From a virus (Duplodnaviria > Caudoviricetes): 26,018 bases of DNA. Made by a program: the position numbers and the translations under genes. The notes beneath the pieces were generated by a model, which was given only the letters and a program-made list of their open reading frames with translations, was not told the DNA's origin and did not search any database. The DNA lies in the IMG/VR virus record IMGVR_UViG_3300021957_000258, positions 1 through 26,018 of that record, one strand, 5' to 3'. Positions 1 through 7,708 of this stretch are shown in pieces (positions within the stretch are counted from its first letter, which is position 1; every line of letters begins with the position of its first letter).

Positions 1-317
1 TCGATAGCAAACTGTCCGTCGCCACCGTCTGCATTACGCATTTCTCTACCGTAATTAAATTTAAGTTTTCTAATTTCATCGTTGTATTTAGCAATAAGTG
101 GAGGAATCGCAAGTTTTGCTCCTGCTCCTGCACCACCACCTAAATAGTTAAACGGGTCTTCTATTAAATCTTTCATAAAACCTGCCGCACCCGAAACTTT
201 TTGAAAAACAGGATCGTTTTGTAATGAAGGATTTAATTGATTTAATAAATCCATTAAAGGATTGTAATCACCGAAACGGTTTTCTATAGGTGCTGCAATA
301 GATTCAGGTGTCGCCAT
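1..317 (-). CDS. hypothetical protein, runs off the left edge (3' part missing)
   Basis: Read manually: MATPESIAAPIENRFGDYNPLMDLLNQ..., open to position 1. An alternative ATG lies at 320. Confidence 0.7.
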   Translation of the reverse strand, partial: MATPESIAAPIENRFGDYNPLMDLLNQLNPSLQNDPVFQKVSGAAGFMKDLIEDPFNYLGGGAGAGAKLAIPPLIAKYNDEIRKLKFNYGREMRNADGGDGQFAI

Positions 318-323
318 CATCGA

Positions 324-353
324 AGTATAAGCTAACTAATAACTAAATGTAAA
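324..353 (-). promoter_or_regulatory. putative sigma70-type promoter giving a leaderless transcript
   Basis: TTTACA-N18-TATACT-N6-ATG(317) with no SD. A copy of the TGCTTTACT motif also lies at 363-371. Confidence 0.5.
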
Positions 354-372
354 ACGAATTAAAGTAAAGCAG

Positions 373-741
373 TTAAGCGGCGGGGTGGGATCCTTGGTTC
401 GCGTTAGCTTTTTTCTTAGCTCGTCTTTCACGAGCACGTGCGTTAAGGCTATCTTTCGTATTCCGTATTTCATCTTCCATGTCTTGCCAAAAGGCATCCC
501 TGAACAACTGTTCGTGGTCCGCGGATAGTTTAGTATGAATAATTAGATCTTTATCTTTAGGAATCCAATCTTCCCAAAACTGTTTACGTTGATCTGACCA
601 TTGCCATTTGATCTCGCCTAGTTCAGGTCTAGCGTGAATGTAATACCCGAATATTAGCGGTTTGTTGAACTTTGGTACTGTTTTTGGCATCTTTCTTTCC
701 GAATATCTTTTCCCAGTTCTCTGCGTACTTTTTGGCGTCAT
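373..741 (-). CDS. hypothetical protein
   Basis: 122-aa ORF in line with its neighbours; no recognised motif. Confidence 0.6.
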   Translation of the reverse strand: MTPKSTQRTGKRYSERKMPKTVPKFNKPLIFGYYIHARPELGEIKWQWSDQRKQFWEDWIPKDKDLIIHTKLSADHEQLFRDAFWQDMEDEIRNTKDSLNARARERRAKKKANANQGSHPAA

Positions 742-764
742 CGCCTTTACGTCGTTTAGAACCT

Positions 765-1121
765 TTACTCATCGTATTCCCTATAATACTCTACAATCGC
801 TAAAACGTTCTTTGTGTAACGGGTGATCTCTGCCATATTCATCGAAAGGTTTTCGTATTGTTGTGTAGTCAACGCATAGTAAGCAACCGCAGGAGCTTTA
901 CCGTCTTTAACAAGTTGTAGGTATTCTTCCATGATCTCGGGAGTTAACACTTCAAATGTTACCTCGGTCGCTTGGATTTCCATAGGTAACGGTGGGTGGT
1001 ACATAGGAGCAGGTAACGCTATCGTATTTACGTCTACAGGTTTTACAGTAGGAAAGAGCGAACAACCACTGACCGCGAACAACGCAATAATACTAAATTT
1101 TTTCAATAAGTTCTTCATCAT
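765..1121 (-). CDS. outer-membrane lipoprotein, o-spanin (Rz1-like)
   Basis: Basic N-terminus, hydrophobic stretch, lipobox VSG-C, Pro-rich segment (LPAPMYHPPLP). Overlaps the i-spanin-like gene upstream. Confidence 0.6.
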   Translation of the reverse strand: MMKNLLKKFSIIALFAVSGCSLFPTVKPVDVNTIALPAPMYHPPLPMEIQATEVTFEVLTPEIMEEYLQLVKDGKAPAVAYYALTTQQYENLSMNMAEITRYTKNVLAIVEYYREYDE

Positions 1122-1501
1122 CCACTTGGCTCCTCCTCACTGACCGTGGTCAACTCTACAAGATTATCTATTACTCGTTTAGTACCACGGTTAACCATCT
1201 TCTCAACAAGTTTAGGTTTGTTTAGTGCAAGGTTATCAAGATCGTGCTTAGCAAATGTGTTTCTGAGTTTAGTTACTTCACGGAGTGCGTTTTGTTTTTC
1301 GGCTTCTAACGTACCAAGACTCGCGGACAGTTGTTCTTGTTTAGCTAAGTATTGTTTAATTGATTCGTTTTGCTCGGATATCTTACTTTCCAGGATTAGC
1401 TGATTGCCTTTGAGCGTGGATATTTGGTCTAATAAGAACCACGAACCCGCCAAAGATGCCGCCAATAGGAGTCCTAGAACAAAGCTAATTTTATAACCCA
1501 T
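1118..1501 (-). CDS. inner-membrane spanin (Rz-like)
   Basis: Start revised to ATG 1501 (MGYKISFVLGLLLAASLAGSWFLL). Single N-terminal TM helix followed by a long coiled coil. Confidence 0.6.
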   Translation of the reverse strand: MGYKISFVLGLLLAASLAGSWFLLDQISTLKGNQLILESKISEQNESIKQYLAKQEQLSASLGTLEAEKQNALREVTKLRNTFAKHDLDNLALNKPKLVEKMVNRGTKRVIDNLVELTTVSEEEPSG

Positions 1502-1507
1502 CCCAAA

Positions 1508-1535
1508 AGTATAATCGTAAAAAATTTTTTCGCAA
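1508..1535 (-). promoter_or_regulatory. putative promoter giving a leaderless spanin transcript
   Basis: TTGCGA-N16-TATACT-N6-ATG(1501) with no SD. Confidence 0.5.
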
Positions 1536-1581
1536 AATATTTTTATTTGTAAAGTACTTGCAATCAAGGATGCAACACCAA

Positions 1582-1740
1582 GGGCGGGCGGGTGGGACCC
1601 GCGGCTAACTTTAAAAGGGGGGTATAGGGGTTGCTGTAGGGCGTTCTAAGGGCAGGTAAGGTAGGTCGTATACCTATGGGCTAGGGTTAAGGTTAGGCTA
1701 GGTGTGTGGTGGTGGTGTGTGTGTTGTGTGTGGGGTAGGC
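1582..1740. other. G/T-skewed non-coding tract, candidate genome terminus or packaging region
   Basis: Many GGG runs, a GGGGGGTATAGGGG stretch and GT-rich low-complexity sequence on the + strand. Confidence 0.45.
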
Positions 1741-1754
1741 TTTATTGTAGGCAC

Positions 1755-1778
1755 AAAAAAGGGCGGTGAGTACCGCCC
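1755..1778 (-). terminator. intrinsic terminator
   Basis: GGGCGGT/ACCGCCC stem followed by T6 on the minus strand, downstream of 1798..2199. Confidence 0.85.
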
Positions 1779-1797
1779 TAGGATAGGTAGTTAGTTG

Positions 1798-2199
1798 TTA
1801 GCTAACTAGTGGCTTGATGCCGTTAGACTTGTTCCATGCATCAAGACCTTTCATCTTCTTAATGTATGTACACATAATCTTTTGCGGTGTTTGTTCGTAC
1901 AATTCACCGTTAGGTCTACACCATGTCATATCGCCTTTAGCCTTAACAGATACTTCATTAATCTGCTGTACTGTAGCAGTACCGCCAAGGGTATGTATAT
2001 AACCTAAGACTAGCTGTACTTGTCTAGGGGCTACTATAAAGTCAGCCATGGCGTTATCAGTTAATGATAATGTCATGGTTAAAGGAACACCACCTTGACC
2101 GCCTTTACCTGTAGGGGTAAAAGGGTTAGCACTTATCTCAGCTTTACGCTCAGCTATGTTAGCTTTAGCGGTAGCCATTTCTTTTTGTTGTTTATTCAT
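1798..2199 (-). CDS. hypothetical protein, paralogue 1 of a small putative winged-helix family
   Basis: GAGG RBS and its own terminator. Shares P(x)Q...T[VA]...QxPxxIxxxY motifs with 2558..2851 and 10071..10442. Confidence 0.75.
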   Translation of the reverse strand: MNKQQKEMATAKANIAERKAEISANPFTPTGKGGQGGVPLTMTLSLTDNAMADFIVAPRQVQLVLGYIHTLGGTATVQQINEVSVKAKGDMTWCRPNGELYEQTPQKIMCTYIKKMKGLDAWNKSNGIKPLVS

Positions 2200-2367
2200 A
2201 ATGAATAACCTCTTAGGCTTAGTTAGTTAGATATTAATTAGTAGCCTATTACCTAATCAATAACCTATTATATAACTAAACTACTTTACTTGTATATAAA
2301 TAAACCTATTTATTTATTTTATTTATTAATTAAGATTTTAGGGATTTTAGGGATTAAATAACTATAA

Positions 2368-2412
2368 GAATCGCACGAATCTTTTTTTCTTCCTAAGCGA
2401 TTCGCACGAATC
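2368..2412. promoter_or_regulatory. two GANTC-GCAC-GANTC operator-like boxes
   Basis: gaatcgcacgaatc at 2368-2381 and gattcgcacgaatc at 2399-2412. Confidence 0.55.
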
Positions 2413-2425
2413 TATTTATTATGTA

Positions 2426-2511
2426 TAGAGTAGAGGGGAAGGGAATGGGATAGAGTGTGAGGGATAGAGTAGAGCGACGGATAGAGTGATAGAGTAGAGT
2501 GTAGAGTAGAG
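2426..2511 (+). repeat. purine-rich TAGAG repeat array
   Basis: 10 copies of TAGAG in 86 bp. Confidence 0.9.
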
Positions 2512-2518
2512 CGGACAC

Positions 2519-2540
2519 AAAAAAGGGGACCGAAGTCCCC
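2519..2540 (-). terminator. intrinsic terminator
   Basis: GGGGAC-TTCG-GTCCCC-TTTTTT on the minus strand (UUCG tetraloop). Confidence 0.92.
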
Positions 2541-2557
2541 TCGTTCGTTAACCGTGG

Positions 2558-2851
2558 TTAGCTGACAGTAATCAGCTTCTCCTCGATCATTCTAGCTCTG
2601 TAATGAGCCCAGATATGATTCGGCTCTTGGACTGTTACCAATCCAGCTTTGACCAATGCACTCTCGGTCGAACCATCCGTCCCGATCATCTCACCGACGG
2701 TCAAGGTGTTATCTTTCGCGGCAAGTAGTGCCTCGATGATTTTCCCTGCTTGTGGTGGGAACTTTCCTTTCGGTGTAGCAATCAAAGTGATCACTGCATT
2801 GTAGTTAATTGACCCTTTCTGGGCTCCTGCTTTATAGTTCTTATCTATCAT
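2558..2851 (-). CDS. hypothetical protein, paralogue 2 of the small putative winged-helix family
   Basis: Has its own promoter, AGAAAGGAG RBS and terminator. Motifs PPQAGKII, TLTVGEM and QEPNHIWAHY. Confidence 0.8.
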   Translation of the reverse strand: MIDKNYKAGAQKGSINYNAVITLIATPKGKFPPQAGKIIEALLAAKDNTLTVGEMIGTDGSTESALVKAGLVTVQEPNHIWAHYRARMIEEKLITVS

Positions 2852-2902
2852 ATAATTCTCCTTTCTAGTTAATTCTTAAATAACCCTATTTAAGATACAA
2901 CA

Positions 2903-2935
2903 ATTATATAACCGATTGTCGTGGAAGTAAAGCAG
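2903..2935 (-). promoter_or_regulatory. recurrent phage promoter
   Basis: CTGC-TTTACT-N17-TATAAT. Confidence 0.8.
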
Positions 2936-2967
2936 TATAAAGAGTCCAAGATTGTGCCACCAGGAAC

Positions 2968-2981
2968 GATTCGCACGAGTC
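2968..2981. promoter_or_regulatory. third GANTC-GCAC-GANTC box
   Basis: gattcgcacgagtc, about 35 bp upstream of the -35 element at 2926-2931. Confidence 0.55.
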
Positions 2982-3512
2982 TTAGTCCGTGGCTAGTTCT
3001 CCTTCAACAACCTTTGCATCCAAAGTTCTTTTCTTAATAAGGTTCTCGAGTCGATCGAGTATATCGTCCTTAGACATCAGATCGATTTTCGCGGTTAGTA
3101 TCTCGCGTCGATCGATGTAGAGTCCACCCGCCTTCCCTCGATGGACCTCGGCTGTGATGGCAGCGGATATTTGACCTTGGTCCTTCGCCTCCTCCCTGAG
3201 GTCATGTAGAGTAGAGAGGTGTGTCTCCAGGGAAACTGCATCTCTCTCCGAGGCTGCTATTTCCAAGTCTATCAAGTAGTTTCGTACAACTGGGTTATGG
3301 TTTAGTAATACGCTCCCTTGTGTCTTCGCACCCTTCCTGTCCTTTGTATACCCTGCTTTTACCGCGGCATCCGTGGCTGTTTGTCCTTTGAAGTACTCTT
3401 TACAAAACTTCTTTTGTTTAGAGTTGAGGTGCTGCCAAATCTTACCGTTATCGTCTACAAATGAATTACCGTCTTCTGTTGGTGTTAACGATGTGTAACT
3501 AAGTTGTTTCAT
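2982..3512 (-). CDS. terS: terminase small subunit
   Basis: N-terminal HTH typical of TerS: LNSKQKKFCKEY..GQTATDAAVKAGY...GSVLL..NPVVRNYL. GGAGG RBS. Confidence 0.85.
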   Translation of the reverse strand: MKQLSYTSLTPTEDGNSFVDDNGKIWQHLNSKQKKFCKEYFKGQTATDAAVKAGYTKDRKGAKTQGSVLLNHNPVVRNYLIDLEIAASERDAVSLETHLSTLHDLREEAKDQGQISAAITAEVHRGKAGGLYIDRREILTAKIDLMSKDDILDRLENLIKKRTLDAKVVEGELATD

Positions 3513-3571
3513 TCTACCTCCGAGTGTTGCATAAGGTTATTAGAATCATATTAGTTTTATTATCAAATAAA

Positions 3572-3746
3572 TAGTTTTCTCATGCCCTCTAGGTAATCTT
3601 ACCATAGTTTCTAATAGACTAATAGAATTCTATTAGTTTTGAAGAATCAAAGAATAGAGTAACCAAGAGACTTGTAGATTGATTCTATTAGTATATTAGC
3701 GATATTAGTACTTTTGCGAATGTTTTTTCAAAAACTTTTTTAATTT
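3572..3746. repeat. CTAATAGA-rich non-coding element, copy A (inverted homologue of 25284..25446)
   Basis: 3572-3590 is the exact reverse complement of 25428-25446, with further colinear blocks. Perfect 18-bp palindrome at 3619-3636. Confidence 0.85.
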
Positions 3747-3790
3747 ACCAGATAACAATACACATAGATTTAATAGAATATGACGGGCGT

Positions 3791-3813
3791 AAAAAACCCC
3801 GAGTAAATCGGGG
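3791..3813 (-). terminator. intrinsic terminator
   Basis: CCCCGA/TCGGGG stem followed by T6. Confidence 0.85.
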
Positions 3814-3838
3814 TCTATTGGTTGTGGTGGGTGGTTGT

Positions 3839-4159
3839 TTAAGAAGCCGTGCCACTCACCATGTGTTGTGCCTCGAACTCTTTGTTTTCCTTGGACATTT
3901 CATACACGGGGTGTATCGCTTTTAGTTCTTCTAAACTCATTCCTGTAACATCGTCCATCATTACATGGTCTCGATCAGGACTATAAGTTTCCCTCCATGC
4001 GTAGCCTTTCCCACAATACAACTGTCCGTTGTATGTGTAAGTATGTTTGTTTCGTGCGTACATACCTGCGTCTACAGTTTTAAGTGGAACTATTCCATGC
4101 TTCTTAAAGTTTTCTGTTGTAGGCTTATCGCCCCAATTATCACTTATTAATATACTCAT
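3839..4159 (-). CDS. hypothetical protein
   Basis: 106 aa, GAGGAG RBS, own promoter and terminator. Confidence 0.75.
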   Translation of the reverse strand: MSILISDNWGDKPTTENFKKHGIVPLKTVDAGMYARNKHTYTYNGQLYCGKGYAWRETYSPDRDHVMMDDVTGMSLEELKAIHPVYEMSKENKEFEAQHMVSGTAS

Positions 4160-4206
4160 TCTAATTCTCCTCTTTCTTTCGAAAGTATAGTTTTTTAACT
4201 AAGTAA

Positions 4207-4239
4207 ATTATAACCGCCAGTAAAGGCGAACTAAAGCAG
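4207..4239 (-). promoter_or_regulatory. recurrent phage promoter
   Basis: CTGC-TTTAGT-N17-TATAAT. Confidence 0.75.
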
Positions 4240-4274
4240 CCCCCGACCAACGCACCGTTGACCGAGGGCAAAGA

Positions 4275-4637
4275 TTAGACTATCTTATCTTCATATTCCC
4301 ATTGGCTCTCTCTTTCTTTGTCATGTCTCGTAATCTGAGCTAAATGACCTTCATGATGTTCACATCCTCCGCTGACCGTAAATATATTATAAATATAATC
4401 GTTATCTTCTAACATCATTCCGTAAGCAACTGTAGTATATGCATCTTTCGGATTAATCGTAGACTGTTCATTCTCGTGTAAGAATAAACCGTTTTGTTGG
4501 TGTCCTCCTGGATAACTCACCTCGGTCATATCGTCAACTAAAGACGCTCCATCTTCCGATAATGGTATAACTGAATGCCACTCATCAACTCGATGTTTAT
4601 CAAGTTCTATTTGTATTTTCTCGTATAGTTCTTTCAT
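4275..4637 (-). CDS. acidic hypothetical protein
   Basis: 120 aa, AGAAAGGAG RBS. Confidence 0.75.
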   Translation of the reverse strand: MKELYEKIQIELDKHRVDEWHSVIPLSEDGASLVDDMTEVSYPGGHQQNGLFLHENEQSTINPKDAYTTVAYGMMLEDNDYIYNIFTVSGGCEHHEGHLAQITRHDKERESQWEYEDKIV

Positions 4638-4694
4638 ATTCTTTCTCCTTTCTTTGTAGTTAAAATCGCTAAAACCTTTTTAGCGTATAGGTAT

Positions 4695-4729
4695 ATTATA
4701 ACTTAGAAAAAGCACACGACTAAAAGCAG
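4695..4729 (-). promoter_or_regulatory. recurrent phage promoter
   Basis: CTGCT-TTTAGT-N18-TATAAT. Confidence 0.7.
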
Positions 4730-4771
4730 TATTAGAGCCTTCGATTCGCCCGACTGTTAACAACCGAACAT

Positions 4772-4795
4772 AAAAAACCCCCGCATAAGCGAGGG
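4772..4795 (-). terminator. probable intrinsic terminator
   Basis: Imperfect GC stem followed by T6. Confidence 0.6.
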
Positions 4796-4833
4796 CAAAG
4801 CTCGAGGGAGTCAAGCTTATTAGATAGAGTAGA

Positions 4834-5112
4834 TTATGCCCACGCTGATTCGTAATTAGGAAATCCATCGTATGACAGATCCTCTGTTTCATCAGTCGAA
4901 TCTTCTAGTATCGTAGATTGATAATCTTCGTTCCTAGCTTCTAACTTCATCTCTGCAATGGCTAGTTTGTAACCATTGTAGTAATCGTTGACGAACTTTC
5001 CGAAGTAAGTCGCTCCCTCACGTTTTTGCGATGCGTCACAAGGTAGCCCTGCTTTCGCGTCCCTGATGCCTTGGTTCTGAGCGGCAATCTGCTCTTTAGT
5101 AAATATTTTCAT
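4834..5112 (-). CDS. hypothetical protein with acidic tail
   Basis: 92 aa, AGAAAGGAG RBS, structured ~110-nt leader. Confidence 0.75.
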   Translation of the reverse strand: MKIFTKEQIAAQNQGIRDAKAGLPCDASQKREGATYFGKFVNDYYNGYKLAIAEMKLEARNEDYQSTILEDSTDETEDLSYDGFPNYESAWA

Positions 5113-5232
5113 ATCTTTCTCCTTTCTTAGTTAGCGGGAGTCTTTTTCTGTAGGTAGACTCCCTGTTGTTAATTAACCTAGCAGTTCTGGTTTGCTATCC
5201 CGTTCGCTAAAAGTTATTTTTTAGCTATATAT

Positions 5233-5263
5233 AGTATAGCTAGGAATTAGTAGAAATAAAGCA
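5233..5263 (-). promoter_or_regulatory. recurrent phage promoter
   Basis: TGC-TTTATT-N16-TATACT. Confidence 0.7.
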
Positions 5264-5330
5264 ACGTACGACGCTATCAATAACGCCACCAAGCCGAACA
5301 TAAAGAACAATAACATATTGTCTGGGTCTC

Positions 5331-5603
5331 TCATACATACCTCCTTATTAGTTCTAAATGATCTCCTTCGATAGAGTTAACCTTTCCAATGTATGCTGTC
5401 ACCTCACCAACCCAATACTCCTCGGTGTGTTCTTTTCGATAAGCCACACGATCGGTCTCTTCTAATTCGGTTCCAAAGAACTCAGAAAGTAAGTCACGAT
5501 CGGTTATACCCCCATCGTTGTAATCTTGTATATCTACATCAACATAATCCCATTCACTATAGCGTTGTTCACCGTCTTGTATTTCTATCGTATAAATAAG
5601 CAT
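5331..5603 (-). CDS. acidic hypothetical protein
   Basis: 90 aa, GGAGG RBS. Confidence 0.75.
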   Translation of the reverse strand: MLIYTIEIQDGEQRYSEWDYVDVDIQDYNDGGITDRDLLSEFFGTELEETDRVAYRKEHTEEYWVGEVTAYIGKVNSIEGDHLELIRRYV

Positions 5604-5605
5604 AA

Positions 5606-5800
5606 CTACCTCCCAATAGTCTCTAAATCGTTTTCAGTTATATATTGATAAGCTCCTTTGTTATAAACTGGAGCAATCTGTTTTTTACGCTGTTCAGCTA
5701 ACTCGTTGGCTGCGGCTTCACCACAACCTAAACAAGTCATATAGCCAAGGCTTCTACGTCCTTGGCTAATAGGCTCATTACATATAGTGCAATCAGTCAT
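5606..5800 (-). CDS. DksA/TraR-type C4 zinc-finger protein
   Basis: CTICNEPISQGRRSLGYMTCLGC matches the CxxC-xx-I-xxxR...CxxC finger pattern. Confidence 0.6.
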   Translation of the reverse strand: MTDCTICNEPISQGRRSLGYMTCLGCGEAAANELAEQRKKQIAPVYNKGAYQYITENDLETIGR

Positions 5801-6003
5801 AATCCTAACTGTTTTAAATTACGGTCAACGATCGGTCTGTGATCTTCTGGAATAAAATCCCATAATTCATCAGTGATCATCATTAATAATTCTTGCAACT
5901 TATCTTTATCGGGACAAGCTGGACAATAAGGATATTCGATAGAGTGATTATCTCCGAATACTGTACTTTTACAATTAGTACATAATAAAGTTGGTTCACT
6001 CAT
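5797..6003 (-). CDS. small Cys-rich hypothetical protein
   Basis: CTNC...CPAC, ATGA coupling with neighbours. Confidence 0.7.
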   Translation of the reverse strand: MSEPTLLCTNCKSTVFGDNHSIEYPYCPACPDKDKLQELLMMITDELWDFIPEDHRPIVDRNLKQLGL

Positions 6004-6233
6004 GCTTCTTTCCTCCTGAACAATGGACCTGCTGCAACAAACTCGGTGTTCTCAATACCGTACTTCAATACGGTGCTGACAATCAAGTTCTGCTGGAATG
6101 CACACGCCATATGCATCAGTACAGCCTCTTCAGGTCTATACAAATCTATACGTGCAGTTAACTGCTCTGAACTCTCTGGAGTCCAGAATAAATTCGATTC
6201 GTGAATCGAAAGGGTTTTAGTTTTATCACTCAT
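6000..6233 (-). CDS. hypothetical protein
   Basis: 77 aa, TAAGGAG RBS, first gene after a promoter. Confidence 0.75.
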   Translation of the reverse strand: MSDKTKTLSIHESNLFWTPESSEQLTARIDLYRPEEAVLMHMACAFQQNLIVSTVLKYGIENTEFVAAGPLFRRKEA

Positions 6234-6267
6234 AGTAAATCTCCTTAGTTATTTTTTACCTATATAT

Positions 6268-6299
6268 AGTATAAAGCCGAGCATAGCGAATAAAAGCAG
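6268..6299 (-). promoter_or_regulatory. recurrent phage promoter
   Basis: CTGC-TTTTAT-N16-TATACT. Confidence 0.7.
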
Positions 6300-6306
6300 C
6301 CTTGCA

Positions 6307-6735
6307 TTACCACCAGCACACCATTCTCGCACCACGTTCACTCGCACAGCGTAATAACAATTCTAAGTCTTGAACTTCTTGGTAGGTATACTCGGCTTCC
6401 ATTCGATCTGTTTTATAAACAATAGTTTCTGGTTCTAAGGTTTGTTCCAGATGTTTAGCGTCCGATTCGACCGCGTGTAATAGATCAGCTAGAGCTTGAG
6501 CTTGTTCTTTTAACTCACAAGCTTGAACATGAATACTTTCTTCTATGTGCCATATAAACTGTTCCTCCATCAAGTCATCCATTAAAGGCTCGTACCATTT
6601 ACCTCGAAACGATCCGTCAGCACCGTTGCCGCTCATTATCCCACCACATAGATTCACGTCTTTTATACGTGGGTCATCTTCTGATGTAAAATCTGTCTCA
6701 CAATTACCGTGAACAATATAACAATCTAATCCCAT
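6307..6735 (-). CDS. hypothetical phage protein
   Basis: Start revised to ATG 6735 (MGLDCYI), preceded by GGAGG. Confidence 0.75.
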   Translation of the reverse strand: MGLDCYIVHGNCETDFTSEDDPRIKDVNLCGGIMSGNGADGSFRGKWYEPLMDDLMEEQFIWHIEESIHVQACELKEQAQALADLLHAVESDAKHLEQTLEPETIVYKTDRMEAEYTYQEVQDLELLLRCASERGARMVCWW

Positions 6736-6737
6736 AA

Positions 6738-6911
6738 CTAGTCCTCCGTTGGATCCCACTCGGGGTTATCAAGTATTTCTTGGCGTAACTCTTTAAAAGT
6801 CATTTCGCTGTTAGCGATCATTGCAATAACCTCATTAAATTCATAATCATTAGTTTCTAACCAACACTGCACCTGTTCCTCTTTTATGTGAGGTAAGTAT
6901 GTTATTTTCAT
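6738..6911 (-). CDS. hypothetical protein (57 aa, not in ORF track)
   Basis: MKITYLPHIKEEQVQCWLE...DPTED*. TAAGGAGGTG RBS and TGATG overlap with the upstream gene. Confidence 0.75.
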   Translation of the reverse strand: MKITYLPHIKEEQVQCWLETNDYEFNEVIAMIANSEMTFKELRQEILDNPEWDPTED

Positions 6912-7282
6912 CAGTGCACCTCCTTATCATCAGACATTGGTATAAACTGCATAAAAGGTTCTTCTATATGATCCTCAGGCATCCACTCGATCGTATCAGC
7001 ATTATAACTACCACTAATAGTCTCACCCTCATCATCATAACCAACAATAATGGCACGACCTGCTAATGGCTGATGGAACTCTGATAGTTTGAAATATCGA
7101 TTATTGTTTTTTAATAAACCTTCATCGTCAACTATGACCATCGTATCGTCACTTAATGTAACAACGTCGAGGGGTCCATCAAGTTGCATATGTTTTTTAG
7201 CGTCGGCAAAGGTAGAGTCTTCTGACAACTCTACCTCTGTAACAGTTTGCTCGAACGGGTCGATAAGTAGTCCGTGTATCAT
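6911..7282 (-). CDS. DUF3846-like phage protein
   Basis: LLIDP...IVDDEGLL...LAGRAIIVG pattern. Confidence 0.6.
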   Translation of the reverse strand: MIHGLLIDPFEQTVTEVELSEDSTFADAKKHMQLDGPLDVVTLSDDTMVIVDDEGLLKNNNRYFKLSEFHQPLAGRAIIVGYDDEGETISGSYNADTIEWMPEDHIEEPFMQFIPMSDDKEVH

Positions 7283-7611
7283 TGTGCGTACACATCCACG
7301 TCAGCTCGGAAATCTGTATTTCTAATTTCCGTTGAGACAATTTCTTCAACACGTTCTTCAGTCCACATAGCACCCTCTACTGCATCAATACGAGCAGTAA
7401 GTTCACTTAATGTATTAAGCACTTTTTGCTCGGCTTCTTTCGATAAATCAGCAGGATCGATTACTCGAGGCTGTAAATCATCTAAAACATCGGTAATACG
7501 ATGTAATGAAGTCAGTAAGTCTGAATTAAATTCGCTGACTGTAGCATGTTCTAATAAACTGACATTGTTTTTAAGGTCAGCCACCTGTTGTTGGATTTTT
7601 TCAATATCCAT
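7279..7611 (-). CDS. coiled-coil hypothetical protein
   Basis: 110 aa, AGAAAGGAG RBS. Confidence 0.75.
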   Translation of the reverse strand: MDIEKIQQQVADLKNNVSLLEHATVSEFNSDLLTSLHRITDVLDDLQPRVIDPADLSKEAEQKVLNTLSELTARIDAVEGAMWTEERVEEIVSTEIRNTDFRADVDVYAQ

Positions 7612-7661
7612 ATCTTTCTCCTTTCTAGTTAATGTTATTAAACCATTTAATAACTAATACA

Positions 7662-7693
7662 AGTATGCCTAAGAGTACCGCGAAGTAAAGCAG
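7662..7693 (-). promoter_or_regulatory. recurrent phage promoter
   Basis: CTGC-TTTACT-N16-CATACT. Confidence 0.7.
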
Positions 7694-7708
7694 TAGTAGA
7701 AGGCAGGA

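Noticed and set aside
2368-2511. Possible CRISPR array
   Set aside because: The repeats are 5-14 bp with no regular unique spacers, and there are no cas genes.
4680-4892. 70-aa minus-strand ORF
   Set aside because: It runs through a terminator and a promoter and overlaps 4834..5112.
4764-5304. ccgaacataaa repeated at 4764 and 5294
   Set aside because: Only two 11-bp copies, most likely a remnant of cassette duplication.
6193-6210. Palindrome ttcgattc-gt-gaatcgaa resembling the GANTC boxes
   Set aside because: It has different spacing and lies within a coding region, so chance cannot be excluded.
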